Below are positions 12,697-24,380 of a stretch of DNA of 64,000 bases, one piece after another. How positions within the stretch are numbered: the stretch's first letter is position 1; every line of letters begins with the position of its first letter. The stretch lies in the NCBI GenBank assembly GCA_964019335.1, contig OZ025701.1, positions 248,001 to 312,000 of the forward strand. Direction: 5' to 3'. This stretch comes from Diplonema japonicum (Eukaryota; Protista; Euglenozoa: Diplonemea). The position numbers and the translations under genes were made by a program. Below the pieces are notes generated by a model, which saw only the letters and a list, made by a program, of their open reading frames with translations, was not told where the DNA came from and did not search any database.

Positions 12697-12780
12697 AAAA
12701 AAAATCAAACAAGAGGAAAAGAAAAAAGAAAGGAATTGCTTAAGGGAGAAGGTGCCGTTACGCACCTAAACCCCCTTTTG

Positions 12781-12828
<48 letters not shown>

Positions 12829-12922
12829 ACAGATGCCTTACACGGAGATCTTACATAAAAAAGAAAATTGGAAAACAACGTACCTGATTTTAATTTTTTT
12901 TTTTTCTTTTTTTTTGTTTCCC

Positions 12923-13810
12923 TCACAGCTTAGCCTGTTTTTCCAAGGGCCCTGTCATCGGGTCGTCGTAAGAAGGCCACACACCACAGATGTAGCTCAA
13001 CCCATTTCTAGGCACCGCGAGGATCAGAGATGTCTTCCTGATAAACCCCATCCACCTCAGAGGGGGAAACAGAATATTTTCCAACGTCCACCGCTTCGTC
13101 TCAGGAATGGCATCAGCAACATAAATAGCGAGAGGTTCAGGAAGCCCAGTCCCAGTTAGCGACTTCTTCATCATCACTGTGCTGAATGTGAAGGACCAGA
13201 AGTGAGAGAATCCAGCAAGCTCAGCAGCCACGGCATTCCCAGCAACTATGTATTCATGAACCCCAATTCGGCGGAACTTAGGGTGCACACCAGTGAAGAC
13301 ACATCTGCACAGATTGAAGTTAGCCTTTGAGTCAAGCTTCTTAACGTGGTCTCGTGCACGCTTCAGAACGACTTCCTCAAACCAAAGGCATGTCTGCCAG
13401 TGGTCCTCGCAGACCTTTGGGATGATCTTCGGTCGTTCCTCTTCCATGTACTGTGATCTCGCAGGGTATGAGATGTACATTCCTGCCACCGTTCCTTCAC
13501 TGTCGACAAGGACAATGTTCCATGGTGCTAAGTGTTTTGCCCTCTCGGCGAGGTGGACGCCGTACGCCACGATGTCTTCCTTTGTAAGCTTCGCCTCTAA
13601 GAACAGTGGGTTCTTTGTCTGCATCTCGTAGTACGCCTCGCCCACTGATTGGCTGTCCACATCGATGATCGATTTCAACTCCAAATCCCTCAGCTTGGGG
13701 AAATGGTTGAGATGCGACTCTGTTACTTCTTCCATTGTGCTGGGGAAGCCCCTTCTCTTGGGTACTGAAGCCCCAAGCTTTGTGACGGTGGAAAGTTCTT
13801 TGTTTTGCAT
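12923..13810 (-). CDS. GNAT-like paralog 2
   Basis: 295-aa ORF, FTGVHPKFRRIGV; core near-identical to paralogs 1 and 3. Confidence 0.75.
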   Translation of the reverse strand: MQNKELSTVTKLGASVPKRRGFPSTMEEVTESHLNHFPKLRDLELKSIIDVDSQSVGEAYYEMQTKNPLFLEAKLTKEDIVAYGVHLAERAKHLAPWNIVLVDSEGTVAGMYISYPARSQYMEEERPKIIPKVCEDHWQTCLWFEEVVLKRARDHVKKLDSKANFNLCRCVFTGVHPKFRRIGVHEYIVAGNAVAAELAGFSHFWSFTFSTVMMKKSLTGTGLPEPLAIYVADAIPETKRWTLENILFPPLRWMGFIRKTSLILAVPRNGLSYICGVWPSYDDPMTGPLEKQAKL

Positions 13811-15595
13811 GATGATCTTTTTTTTTCTTTTTTTTTTTAAACCTTTTGTTTAAATCAAAAAAGGGTTTGAAAAGATTTCAAAGGAAAAAAAGGAGGGGGG
13901 GGGGAACCGACAGTAACTACAATGGAAACATGGATGAAAAGAAGAGCAGGAAAAAAAAAAGAGGAGGTATCAGTCCTTTTCTTTTTTTTATTTCTTTTCT
14001 TTTTTTTTTTCCGTTTCCCGTGCGATACAATCGTAAAAGGGGGGAAGGGGGAAAAAAAAAAGAAGAAGAGGGTGCCGTTGTAAGGGGTTTCCTTTTATTT
14101 TTTTTTGTTCGGTTCGGTCTAGGAGCGACTTTTGCTCTTCTTCGTTTTTCTTTTCTTCTTCTTTTTTTTTTTTTTTTTTTTTTTAAACCACTAAACCCAC
14201 ATGTCATAAAAAATAATTCTTTATGACTATACGTCTTAGTTGTTCGCACGAGGGGAAAAAATCCATAGACTTCTTTTTTGGAGATTTCTTCTACTTTATT
14301 TTTCCCTAACCAAACAGGATGTTTGGTCAAAAATCATAAGGTCAAAAGCCAGTTCAGGGAAACCCTGATACCTGAATGTCTCCAGAGGTCACTTTTCATG
14401 ATTAAATGCCGCCAAAAAAGGGACTTTTTTCGGTTTTTGGGCTGTGGGCTTAGTAGTCCCCCCTTCTTTCCCCTCCCCCACAAGAACACCAAAAAATATA
14501 TCACAAAAGGGATGGAAAAAAAAAGAAGAAAAAAAAAAAAAAAAAAAGTGATTTTCTTTTTTCTTTTTTTTTTTCTCTTTTTTTTTTTCCAATTGCCCTT
14601 CTCTTTTTTGTTGCCTTGCAAATGAGCAGGTGAAAGATGGGTTAAGCGTTAAAAAAGAAAAAGAAAAAGAAAAGGAAAAGAGAAGAGAGGAAACGGGGAG
14701 GGGGGTGGCATAAGGGCATAGGAAGAGAAGAATTGTGAAAGAACAAAAAGGAAGGAAGCAGTTACTAGGATTCCGTGTCAGATAATACATATAGTATTAC
14801 CTCCCCTAACAATGCCAACTCCGCAAGTCGATGATTTGCTAACCTTTAAAAAAGAGGGGGGGGAGAGGAGGGGGAGGAAAATGCAGAATGAAAAAAGAAC
14901 TTTTTTTCGTCGCGTACCCCCTCCAGAAAAAAAAAAAAAAAAAAAAAAAAAGGACCTTTCGTTTTCTTTTTTTGTCCTCCCCTTCTCCTGCAACGGTAGG
15001 ATACCAACCCAGAGCACCTCAAGTTCCCCAACACGGGCGCAGGTGATGGGGAGAAAAAAAAAAGTTCGATAAAAATTTTCAGGGAAAAAATAAACAGGGG
15101 AGGGGGGGGGGGGGGGGGTCAAGGGATATATATATTTATATTTTTTTTTTATCAGGAGAAATGAAAAAAAGAGAGAGGAGTTTTTTTAATGTGGAAATGG
15201 AAGAAATCTCAAGAGAAAAAAAAAGGGGAAAAAAAAAAAAAAAAAACACGGCAACACACGGAAAGAAATGTACGCATGTTTTTTTTTTTTCTCCCCTCTC
15301 GTTTTTTTTTTTTTAAACACAGCACTCTTTAAGTGTCAAACACAACCGAAGCAACATCGACGTCGTTCTCGTTCTTGTTGAGAAAAAAAAAAAAAAGAAG
15401 AGGAATAAAAAAAAAAAAACGCGAAAAATAAAGTAGCACCTCATTTCATAAAAAAACAAAAAAATTCAATTCAAAGATATAAAAGGCGCAAACTTCCGCC
15501 CCCCCCCCCCCTTTTTTTTTCTCCCATACTTAGATTTCTGTTAGGTTTTTTTTTTCACGACACAGTAAGGGAAATTCCTTACGCGGAGTTACACA

Positions 15596-15633
<38 letters not shown>

Positions 15634-15634
<1 letters not shown>

Positions 15635-16524
15635 CACAACTTTGCGTACTTATCGCTAAGACGGCCTACTGTAGGCTCATCATATGAAGGCCACACGCCA
15701 CAGGTGAAGCTCAGCCCATTTCTAGGCACCGCAAGCACATGCAAACTCTTCCTGATGAACCCGAACATCTTCAAAGTAGGGAACAGAAGAGTCTCGAGCG
15801 TCCATCTCGAAGACTTGGGAATGGCATCAGCAACATAAATGGCAACAGGCTCGGGAAGCCCAGTCCCAGTTAGCGACTTCTTCATCATCACTGAATTGAA
15901 TGTGAAGGACCAGAAGTGAGAGAACCCAGCAAGCTCAGCAGCCACGGCATTCGCAGAAACCACGTATTCATGAACCCCAATTCGGCGGTACTTAGGGTGC
16001 ACACCAGTGAAGACACATCTGCACAGATTGAAGTTAGCCTTTGAGTCAAGCTTCTTAACGTGGTCTCGTGCACGCTTCAGAACGACTTCCTCAAACCAAA
16101 GGCATGTCTGCCAGTGGTCCTCGCAGACCTTTGGGATGATCTTCGGTCGTTCCTCTTCCATGTACTGTGATCTCGCAGGGTATGAGATGTACATTCCTGC
16201 CACCGTTCCTTCACTGTCGACAAGGACAATGCTCCACGGTGCTAAGTGTTGTGCCCTCTCGGCGAGGTGGACGCCGTACGTCACGATGTCTTCCTTTGTA
16301 AGCTTCGCCTCTAAGAACAGTGGGTTCTTTGTCTGCATCTCGTAGTACGCCTCGCCCACTGATTGGCTGTCCACATCGATGATCGACTTCAACTCCAAAT
16401 CCCTCAGCTTGGGGAAATGGTTGAGATGCGACTCTGTTACTTCTTCCATTGTGCTGGGGAAGCCCCTTCTCTTGGGAACCGAAGCCCCAAGCTTTGTGAC
16501 GGTCGACAACTCCTTTGTCTGCAT
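15634..16524 (-). CDS. GNAT-like paralog 3
   Basis: 296-aa ORF, FTGVHPKYRRIGV; ends in AKL like paralogs 2 and 4. Confidence 0.75.
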
Positions 16525-16901
16525 TATTATTATTTTTTTTTTCTTTTAAAAAAAAAGGTTTTGAGATAACCTGAAAGCTTTTGCTGGAGATGCGGAAAGG
16601 AAGGAAGAGTGAATATAGAAACCACTTACCGCCGATAGCTTTTTTTCTTTTCTTTTTTTTTCTTTTTTTATTTTCATTTGCCTTAGCAAATAATCGAATG
16701 GGAAATAATTAGTATAGTAAGAACCTTTTTTTTTTTTTTTTGACTTGACGTCTTTTGTTGATCACGCAGATCAAGAAAACGAAGGGAGAAAAGTTTTTTT
16801 TTCTCCCTTTTCTGCTGCAAAGGTTATCTTTGATCTGGCATACAACAGTCTTCCTTCACTTCGGGGAAAAAGAAAAAAGAAAATAGTTCTTTGGTGGGGA
16901 A

Positions 16902-17003
16902 AGAGGAACAGGCCGTTGTATATACATGCCGGGAAAACCTGGAGAAGTTTGTAAACCCGAAACACGCTGCCTTTGCTTAGACAAGTCAAAAACCCGTTCT
17001 TGC
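16902..17003. repeat. Dispersed repeat family C
   Basis: Aligns by eye with 50911-51024 (GCCGGG.AAAACCTGGAGAAGTTTGT.AACCCGAAACACG). Confidence 0.75.
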
Positions 17004-17034
<31 letters not shown>

Positions 17035-17159
17035 GTAGAAGCACCTTGAGCAGTTCTCAAGATATAGGAGTTGATTTTGAGCATTTTCCCAAACCTAGGT
17101 GTCTAGTTAGCAGTTCTCAAAAAAAAGAAGAAAAAAAGAGAGAGTGTCGGCACTCTTTT

Positions 17160-17204
<45 letters not shown>

Positions 17205-17295
17205 AATTGTTGCTAAAATATGGGCGGCTACATGTTAAATGTCATAAGAACCCCCCCCGCCCCCCCCACCATTTTTTCTGCGTCTTTCTTATTCC

Positions 17296-17327
<32 letters not shown>

Positions 17328-17475
17328 CACTAGAGCGACATTTTATTGTAAAAAAAAGGGGGGGGGGGGAAGTTTGTCAACTGCAAAAAACCCTCTTAAA
17401 TTATTTCCAAAGAAAACTTGGCCCAAATCAAGAGGATTTCAGCTTTTCGCTTGAACGTGAGAAGAGAAGATAATT

Positions 17476-18342
17476 TCAAAGCTTAGCTTCCTTGGGCTGT
17501 TTCGGGACGGATCCAGTGGTAACGTCATCATAGACAGGCCACACTCCGCAGATGAAGCTCAATCCATTCTTCGGGACAGCAAAGGCAACAGAACGCGACC
17601 GGATAAAGCCCATCGCCTTGAGAGTAGGGATCAGGAGAGTTTCCAAAGTCCACCTTGACGACTTCGGAATATTATCCGCTGTGTAACCTGCGAGCCAATC
17701 TGGGAACCCCCTTTGCACGAGCGACTTCTTAAAAAACGCAGGCTGGAAGGTGAAGGACCATATGTGTGTGAAACCATTAATCTCAGATGCTACGGAATTG
17801 GCTTGAGCCACATACTCGTAAACCCCCATACCACGGAACTTAGGGTGCACACCGCTGAAGACAGAACGGCAAAGTGAGAAATTTGCCTTTGCGTCTTGCT
17901 TCTTAACGTATTCTCTTGTTCGTTTACCTACTACGTTTTCAAACCAAAGGCATGTCTGCCAGTGGTCCTCGCAGACCTTTGGGATGATCTTCGGCCGTTC
18001 CTCTTCATGGTACTCCGAGTTCGCAGGGTACACGAAATAGAACCCTGCCACCGTTCCTTCACTGTCGACAAGGACAATGTTCCATGGTGCTAGGTGTTTT
18101 GCCCTCTCGGCGAGATAGGCGCCGTACGTCACGATGTCTTCTTTTGTAAGCTTCGCCTCTAAGAACAGTGGGTTTTGTGTCTGCATCTCGTAGTACGCCT
18201 CGCCCAATACCTTGTTGTCAATGTCTGCCACAGTTGTCAGTCTCAGCTGCTTCAGTTGTGGATTGCACTTCTCGTTCATCTCCTTCACCTCTGCAAGGGT
18301 GCTGGCGAACCCTTCCCGTTTGTTGGGTATTGATGTCAGCAT
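17476..18342 (-). CDS. GNAT-like paralog 4 (most divergent)
   Basis: 288-aa ORF, FSGVHPKFRGMGV, C-terminal AKL. Confidence 0.75.
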   Translation of the reverse strand: MLTSIPNKREGFASTLAEVKEMNEKCNPQLKQLRLTTVADIDNKVLGEAYYEMQTQNPLFLEAKLTKEDIVTYGAYLAERAKHLAPWNIVLVDSEGTVAGFYFVYPANSEYHEEERPKIIPKVCEDHWQTCLWFENVVGKRTREYVKKQDAKANFSLCRSVFSGVHPKFRGMGVYEYVAQANSVASEINGFTHIWSFTFQPAFFKKSLVQRGFPDWLAGYTADNIPKSSRWTLETLLIPTLKAMGFIRSRSVAFAVPKNGLSFICGVWPVYDDVTTGSVPKQPKEAKL

Positions 18343-18473
18343 TTTTCTTTCTCTCTCTCTAAAATCCTACTTTTTTTTTTTTTTTTTTTTCTTTTTTCTT
18401 GAGAATAAAAAAAAACACGATCAGAAAAAAAAAGAAGAAAATATGGAGATAAAAAAAAAAAAAAAAGAAAAAG

Positions 18474-18513
18474 AGACATTTGAGGGTACCTGCGGTATGT
18501 GGCAGGACGCCTG
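18474..18513 (-). repeat. Conserved 40-nt hairpin motif, copy 1
   Basis: Minus strand CAGGCGTCCTGCCACATACCGCAGGTACCCTCAAATGTCT; near-identical at 27804-27843 and 43381-43420. Confidence 0.85.
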
Positions 18514-18608
18514 AAAAAAAAAAATGCCAGATAATATTTTAAAAAATCTTACAAAATACAGGAAAAAGAAGAAAAAAAAAAAAAAAATACACCCGACTTA
18601 TACATTCT

Positions 18609-20417
18609 TCATTGCCTTCTGTACAAATCAGGGTCGGGAACGTAGCCGATAGATTTTCTGACCTCCATGGGGACAGGTCGGTGTGTTCTAAAGGAAGGAC
18701 GGGTCGAGGCAGCCCTTCTTGATGTCATCGAGGCAGGCAGGAGGGGCACGAGGTGAAGCGACGATACATCAGCATCCCGTTCACTATCTTCACAATCGCT
18801 CTCCACAATCGATAAAGGACCCCCTTCCCTCTCCTGCACGTAAGGGGGGTACAGCAGTGATTGGGTAGCCTGGGACTCCAGCTGGATCTTCAACACAGTT
18901 TCCAGCGCATTTTCGGTTTTTTCTTGTCGGTCGGCAAGCTTCTCGATGAGCCTTACCACTTCGGGGTTGAGACCTTGTTCTTCTTGTTCTTCATCCTCAG
19001 AAACGCTTGGTGAAACCGAAGGAGGATCCGGCTTCACAACTGGAACAGAACCCGGTCGTTCTGTTTTCACTTCTTCGATGGGTTCCCTGTCAAGATGCGG
19101 GCAGCACCTCCCGAATATCTCCCAAGGAGGGATACCTTGAACAGGTTTTGTCTCTTCTCCCGCGTCAGGACTTTCGTTTGAATGTAAAATTAGATTTTTC
19201 ATGTTCAAGGTGACTAGCTGTGAAGGACTCGCGGCGTTCTCTGTTGGTGCGTGTTGCTCTGGTTCCTTTTGCGGTTCTTTCTCGTTAGTTTTCTCGCTTT
19301 TCGCGATTTCGTCGCCCTTCGGCGGGTCTTGCGGGGCAGGAGGTACCCATCCATCCGGTTTGTCAAAAACTATTGAAACGGACGAAAGTTTCTTGTACCG
19401 CATCAGCTCCTCAAGCTTGTTAATGGAGGATCCTTGAACCGAGAGAATCTTCCGCCCGATGAACGCTTCCCCTCCAGAGTCCTTGGCAGGGCCTTGAACG
19501 GATGTTAAAACCATGGCTTTGGAAATTGTGAGACCGATTTGCGGGGTGTCTTTTTTGTGGACGACAAAACCGGTTTGACCCTTCGAGGTGTCGGGGTGGG
19601 TGGGACCCGCGTCTCCGAACTTTAAAGGAACCTCTTTGATGTTCAGTGCAGCCTGCGTGGTGTCTGGTTCGTTGAAAACATCTATGTTGTTAACCGTAAG
19701 AAGTTTTTTACCGATGAAAGTGCCTACTCCTGCACGTTGGGCTGGGCTGTGAGAGGTTACATTGCGAAGCACCATGTCGCTGTCGATATCCATTCCGATT
19801 GTCTCGCCCTCCTTTGTTAGGGGTACTACCACATCGGGAGTGGGGAAGAGTTTCGGGCCGCGGCGTTGTTCGAACACCCCCGTTTTTTTCATTGTCGCCA
19901 GCTTTGTTTTCGGTGACGCCATGGATTTCTGCGAGCTTGCCACCATCCTTCGCATGCTTTTCATCTCCTTCACCGTCCCAACCTTCGTGATTTTAAGAGG
20001 TTCTGGCGGGGTCACCAACGGGTACCGAAGGTGCGATAAGACGACAAGGGCGTTCCAATTGCTTGCACGGTAAACAAGCGAACCATCGCCTTTTATTTGC
20101 AACATGATTTCTAAGACACCACCCGCCACGAGTTCCCTATAATGTGCCTCTTCGATATCCCACAGGAATATGAAGCGTTTTATCCGCCCATCGAAGTCCG
20201 ACAGCATCAGCATTTGCTCGCCCACTAGGAGGAGGCGGTCCTGTAAGACGCCCTTCGTGCTTGTTTTCTTTACGACATCGACTACATAGAGGACACCATC
20301 GTTGAACATCTCCCGCCACTTGGGGTTGTTCAGCCTCGATGTGTCCACAACCTGTGGCTTCGTACGCGGGACTGGAAGATGCGTCTCCCCTGAACGGGGA
20401 CCTCGGTAGGGCTCCAT
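18609..20417 (-). CDS. Protein with N-terminal PH-like region and two PDZ-like domains
   Basis: QDRLLLVGEQML (PH/TH1-like); ETIGMDI..VTSHSPAQRAGV..LLTVNN and QIGLTI..GPAKDSG..ILSVQG (PDZ-like); low-complexity C-terminus. Confidence 0.75.
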   Translation of the reverse strand: MEPYRGPRSGETHLPVPRTKPQVVDTSRLNNPKWREMFNDGVLYVVDVVKKTSTKGVLQDRLLLVGEQMLMLSDFDGRIKRFIFLWDIEEAHYRELVAGGVLEIMLQIKGDGSLVYRASNWNALVVLSHLRYPLVTPPEPLKITKVGTVKEMKSMRRMVASSQKSMASPKTKLATMKKTGVFEQRRGPKLFPTPDVVVPLTKEGETIGMDIDSDMVLRNVTSHSPAQRAGVGTFIGKKLLTVNNIDVFNEPDTTQAALNIKEVPLKFGDAGPTHPDTSKGQTGFVVHKKDTPQIGLTISKAMVLTSVQGPAKDSGGEAFIGRKILSVQGSSINKLEELMRYKKLSSVSIVFDKPDGWVPPAPQDPPKGDEIAKSEKTNEKEPQKEPEQHAPTENAASPSQLVTLNMKNLILHSNESPDAGEETKPVQGIPPWEIFGRCCPHLDREPIEEVKTERPGSVPVVKPDPPSVSPSVSEDEEQEEQGLNPEVVRLIEKLADRQEKTENALETVLKIQLESQATQSLLYPPYVQEREGGPLSIVESDCEDSERDADVSSLHLVPLLPASMTSRRAASTRPSFRTHRPVPMEVRKSIGYVPDPDLYRRQ

Positions 20418-20913
20418 TGCATTCCCTCCCCCCCCCCCGTCCCTGGAGTGGTTAACTCGTGGGTAAAAAAGGAGAATAGATAGGTGAGCCTAGACCTCGA
20501 GAGGGGTAAAAAAAAAAAAAAAGAAGAAGAAAATTGAGAGCGCTGTTCCTGATAAAAGAAAGTATTCTTTAAAGGTATGCGTTTTTCTTTTTTTCGTTGT
20601 GCCCACGAACTATTATTACGTTATTTTTGTTTTGTTTTGTTTTGGTTTTTCTCTTTACTCCAAAAAGAAACTAGTTTTTTTTTTTTTTTTTTTTTTTTTT
20701 CTTTTTCTTTGAATTGCAATGTGCTGTGCGAAGATTTTATTAGGGTGAAATAAATATAAACGCCATCGTTGCACACAATACAAAAAAAAGTAGAAGCGCG
20801 GAGGAGTAGTCCCCCCCCCCCCCCCCCCCCCACGGAGTTACAAAAAGATAATAGGTAGAGATAAAGAAGGTGGCTTTATCGCAAAAAGAAAAAGAAAATG
20901 AAAAGAACAGTTT

Positions 20914-23613
20914 TTACTTAAAGTCCCAGCAATTTTCACGTACCACTTCGCAAAGCTTGTAAAACGAAAAGGCCGAGCCCCAATAGTTGTTGATAGGGAC
21001 CCCTTCGGCATTAGTATACCAGCTACCGCAGTCCTTGGAGAAGACGGTATCATTGATCTCCCTCTTTGCAAGGTCGATGTAGCTGTCGTAGGCATTCTCG
21101 GTGACGGAGGCTGTTGTTTTCCCGGAGGACAGCATCATTTCGAGAACTCCGGTTATTTGAGTCATTTGACTTTCGATCATATAAATGATGGAATTCGAGC
21201 CCAAGTTGGTGGTGGGCCCGTACAACATAAAAAAATTTGGGAATTTCGGGACCGCCATCCCGAGGTAGGCCCGGGGTTCCAATGTGCCTCGTTTCGAAGA
21301 CCAGGCTTCACGGAGTGACAAGCCGTTTTCACCAGTGATCTCGATGGGGAAGACAAAATTTTGTGTTTTGAAGCCCGTGGCGTAGACGATGATGTCGTGC
21401 GCGCGTTCTGTTGCTGCGGTCTTCACACCTGTTGCTGTCAGTTTCTCGATCTTCTCTGTGACGAGCTCTACCTTCTCGTCTTGTACCGTCTGCAGCCACT
21501 CGCTGGTCAGAAGTACCCTTTTGCACCCAATGTCGTAGGAAGGCAGCACGGCATCGTACATCCCCTCGTTCCCAGAGCGGATCACCGCTTTCATATCTTT
21601 TATACCAATGTGCTGAACCTTCTTGCTGAACCACGGGTTCTTACTGTTGAAGTATTTTTTTTTTTTTTTTTTTTATATGAGCTCGTCCGGAAAAAAATGT
21701 CAACAAATGACCCTCTTTTGCAACGGAAAATCCTCGGAAAACTTCTAAGTACAAAAGTAGTCCGACACCACTTTGTGTGCAGAATTGCGGTCTGAGTGTG
21801 TTCACCATATTAGTCACAATGCGCGCCGTTTGTTTCATTCTAAAACGCGCGTGCAAAAACATGCTTTTTAGAATGGTTTTTTTTAGTTTTTGGCATTCGG
21901 AAATTGTAAATGACCCAGGCTCCATATTTCTTTTTGTTTTCTTCAATAGAAAGCGAGAAGAAATGGACGCAGATGAAAAATCTGTGAAACTTAAGGGGTC
22001 ATTTTGGGTGGTTTGGGCTCTTTATCACTATTAAAATGGGGTGGGGAAAATACTGCCATTTTGGCCTATTTTAGGCTAAAATCCCTTAAGGGCCCTTTAA
22101 AAGCAAACTTCTCAATTTTTAATTGTCATGAGTAAGAAAAAAACGGACAAACCTCAGCAGATGGGTAGAGAATGCATATTTGGCCCCAAAGATACCGATG
22201 TTGAGCAGGCAAGTGTGAAGAATTGGGTTTTCAGGAAAATGGGCCTTTTAGGCCAATTCCCTTAGGAACCCCTGGAAAAAGCAAAAAATAGGGCTAAAAA
22301 AACCAGTTTTTTGGGGGCTATGCAACGCCAAATATTTTTAGCTAAAACAGTAACCCGACCCTGGGTTGTACCCAGGGGTCACAAAAGTGTGTGTTCACCA
22401 CTTTTATGCACCCTAGGTGGTGTTGCATTTCAAGCTTTTAAACTGCATTTTAAACATTTTTCGTCGTTTTTCTGACCTCTGTTTTTTGCTTCCCGGGGGC
22501 AGCCGGTTGCAAAGCCTGCCACCCTCATGGCAAAACAAGCATCGCAATGAAAGAACGGCAACAGGTACACCATATGTCATCTTCTTATGGTTGCATGCTG
22601 CCCTTTTTTTTTTGCTCAAATAATCAAAACAAGAAATTTTCGGAGGTGCCCAAAAAAGTGTTGACATTTTTTTTCGGACGCTCATATATTTATTTTGCAT
22701 ACGTGCTGATTGCAATGTTGTAGAAGACCTCCCCGTAGCAGAACTCGTAGGCTCTGGTGAGGCTCATTAGAACGGAGAAGTGTCTGAACAGGGTTTTTTT
22801 TAACCAGCTGTTCGCCGCGTCCGGCTTCGGTACCATCCAAGGCGGGGAGCGTTGGTATATTGTCATTGAAGCGGCTTCCTCGGCAAGACGGGGGACAACC
22901 TGGATGGCCGAGGCTCCGGTTCCTACACACGCTACGTTTTTCCCTTTGAACGAAACAGAATGGTCCCACTGTGCTGTGTGCATGGTGGTGCCTTTGTACT
23001 CGGAGTGAGGAAAGGGGGGGGCAGCAGGGTCACGGAGTTGCCCGCAGCCTGCGATGACGAAATTACCGATAAACTCTTCGGAACTATTGGTAGTTGCGGT
23101 CCATGTTTTGCTCTCCTCGTTCCAAGCAAGCTTGGACACTTCCTGACCGAACCTTATGTGCTTTTCGAGATCATAGTCACGTACTATATTTTTCATGTAT
23201 TCCAGAATTTCCGCTTGTCCTGCCCAGCGCCTGCTCCAATTGGGGTTTTGAGCAAATGAGAATGAGTACAGCGCGCTTTTGACATCGCACTCGCATCCAG
23301 GGTACGTGTTGTCCCTCCATGTTCCCCCGATCGCATTCGGATGTCTTTCCAACATTACGAACTCGATCCCCATCTCCTGCATTTTGATTGCCGCGCAGAT
23401 TCCTGAGAACCCCGTTCCCACGATCAACACCTTCAGGCCGCTCTTCTTTCCCAGCTTCTGAAGCGACCTCTTCGCGGCCCTGTTCCTCATCTTGCGCATT
23501 AGCATCAAAGCTGCCACCGTGAGGGCTAATCTCACGGTATGCCGTCCTGTTTTCTTGCTTATCCAATACACCGCACATGCACTGAGGGCGGCGTCGCCCA
23601 ACCCGAAGCCCAT
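20914..23613 (-). CDS. Baeyer-Villiger / flavin-binding monooxygenase with N-terminal membrane anchor; 1 intron
   Basis: IVGTGFSG, GGTWRDNTYPG, fingerprint YKGTTMHTAQW, VGTGASA, YATGF. Removing intron 21644-22702 (GTATGC..CAG) joins ...IST/KNPWFSKK in frame. Confidence 0.92.
21679..22683. mobile_element. ~1-kb non-autonomous TIR DNA transposon inside the BVMO intron
   Basis: Imperfect ~25-bp TIRs GAGCTCGTCCGGAAAAAAATGTCAACA / TGTTGACATTTTTTTTCGGACGCTC; ATAT on both sides; no long ORF. Confidence 0.8.
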
Positions 23614-23649
23614 TCTATTTCCCCCCCTCACCCTCCTGGTTTTTGGGTA

Positions 23650-24290
23650 ATATTAATATTGTAAACCATCCCAACGAGTGTCTAGATATGGACGATTTGA
23701 AAAAAGATCTTTTGCGCTAGGGAGCTGGTGTCGTCTCATGTCGAGAGACCGCTTTTCTGAGAATCTGTGTTTCCACAGCACAAGAGTGCTGACTTCTGCG
23801 AAGATAGGCCACAGAGTATCGTGGCTGGTGTCTTGAATGCGAACGAGAGCATAACCCCACATCCTAGTTAATTTATTTTGAAGCAGTACCCGCCCTTAAA
23901 ACGCTACCGCTATGGCATAAAGGTTTGTCCTTAGCAGCAGCAACGGGTACACGCTGAATTCCTCGTGGGAAAAGCGATACTTCCCTGTGCACCGATTACT
24001 CTGGCAGGGGGCATGTGCTTGCTGCCGATAATTGGTGCACCACTGTCCCCCTTGCCTTGCTTTTCAAGCAGAGCTTCATGTTCGTTGGGACTATCCACTC
24101 ATCGCAAAGGCGTCCCTGAGATCACGAAGGCCTCAAAGAGGCGAGGCCGCAAGCCGGTGTCCCGACATCCCGTAGTTCCACCAGCACGTCTCTGCACCAC
24201 ACGACATCAAGCCTGTGCGCTTTCTATCGACGTTGGATGTTCCGGTGAAGTCAAATTTGACGTGCAAACGCTGGGTCGGTCAACCTTTGG
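23650..24290 (-). mobile_element. Possible decayed non-LTR (L1/Tx1-like) 3' fragment
   Basis: Homopolymer-free stretch without an intact ORF; fragments KHMPPARV..FPTRNSACTRC and LWPIFAEVSTLVLWKHR loosely resemble zf-RVT and downstream WxxR motifs. Confidence 0.35.
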
Positions 24291-24380
24291 CAAAAAAATG
24301 GTCCGTTGGCAGATGGTTAAAAAAAAAAAAGAGAAAAAAAAAAGAGAGATGATGAGAGATGGGAGGATGGTTTTTCAAGC

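Noticed and set aside
18474-18513. The 40-nt motif as a spliced-leader exon gene
   Set aside because: It lacks the conserved euglenozoan SL core (CAGTTTCTGTACT).
24030-24055. GDSGAP trypsin-like motif on the minus strand
   Set aside because: Isolated, in a broken frame, with no catalytic His/Asp context.
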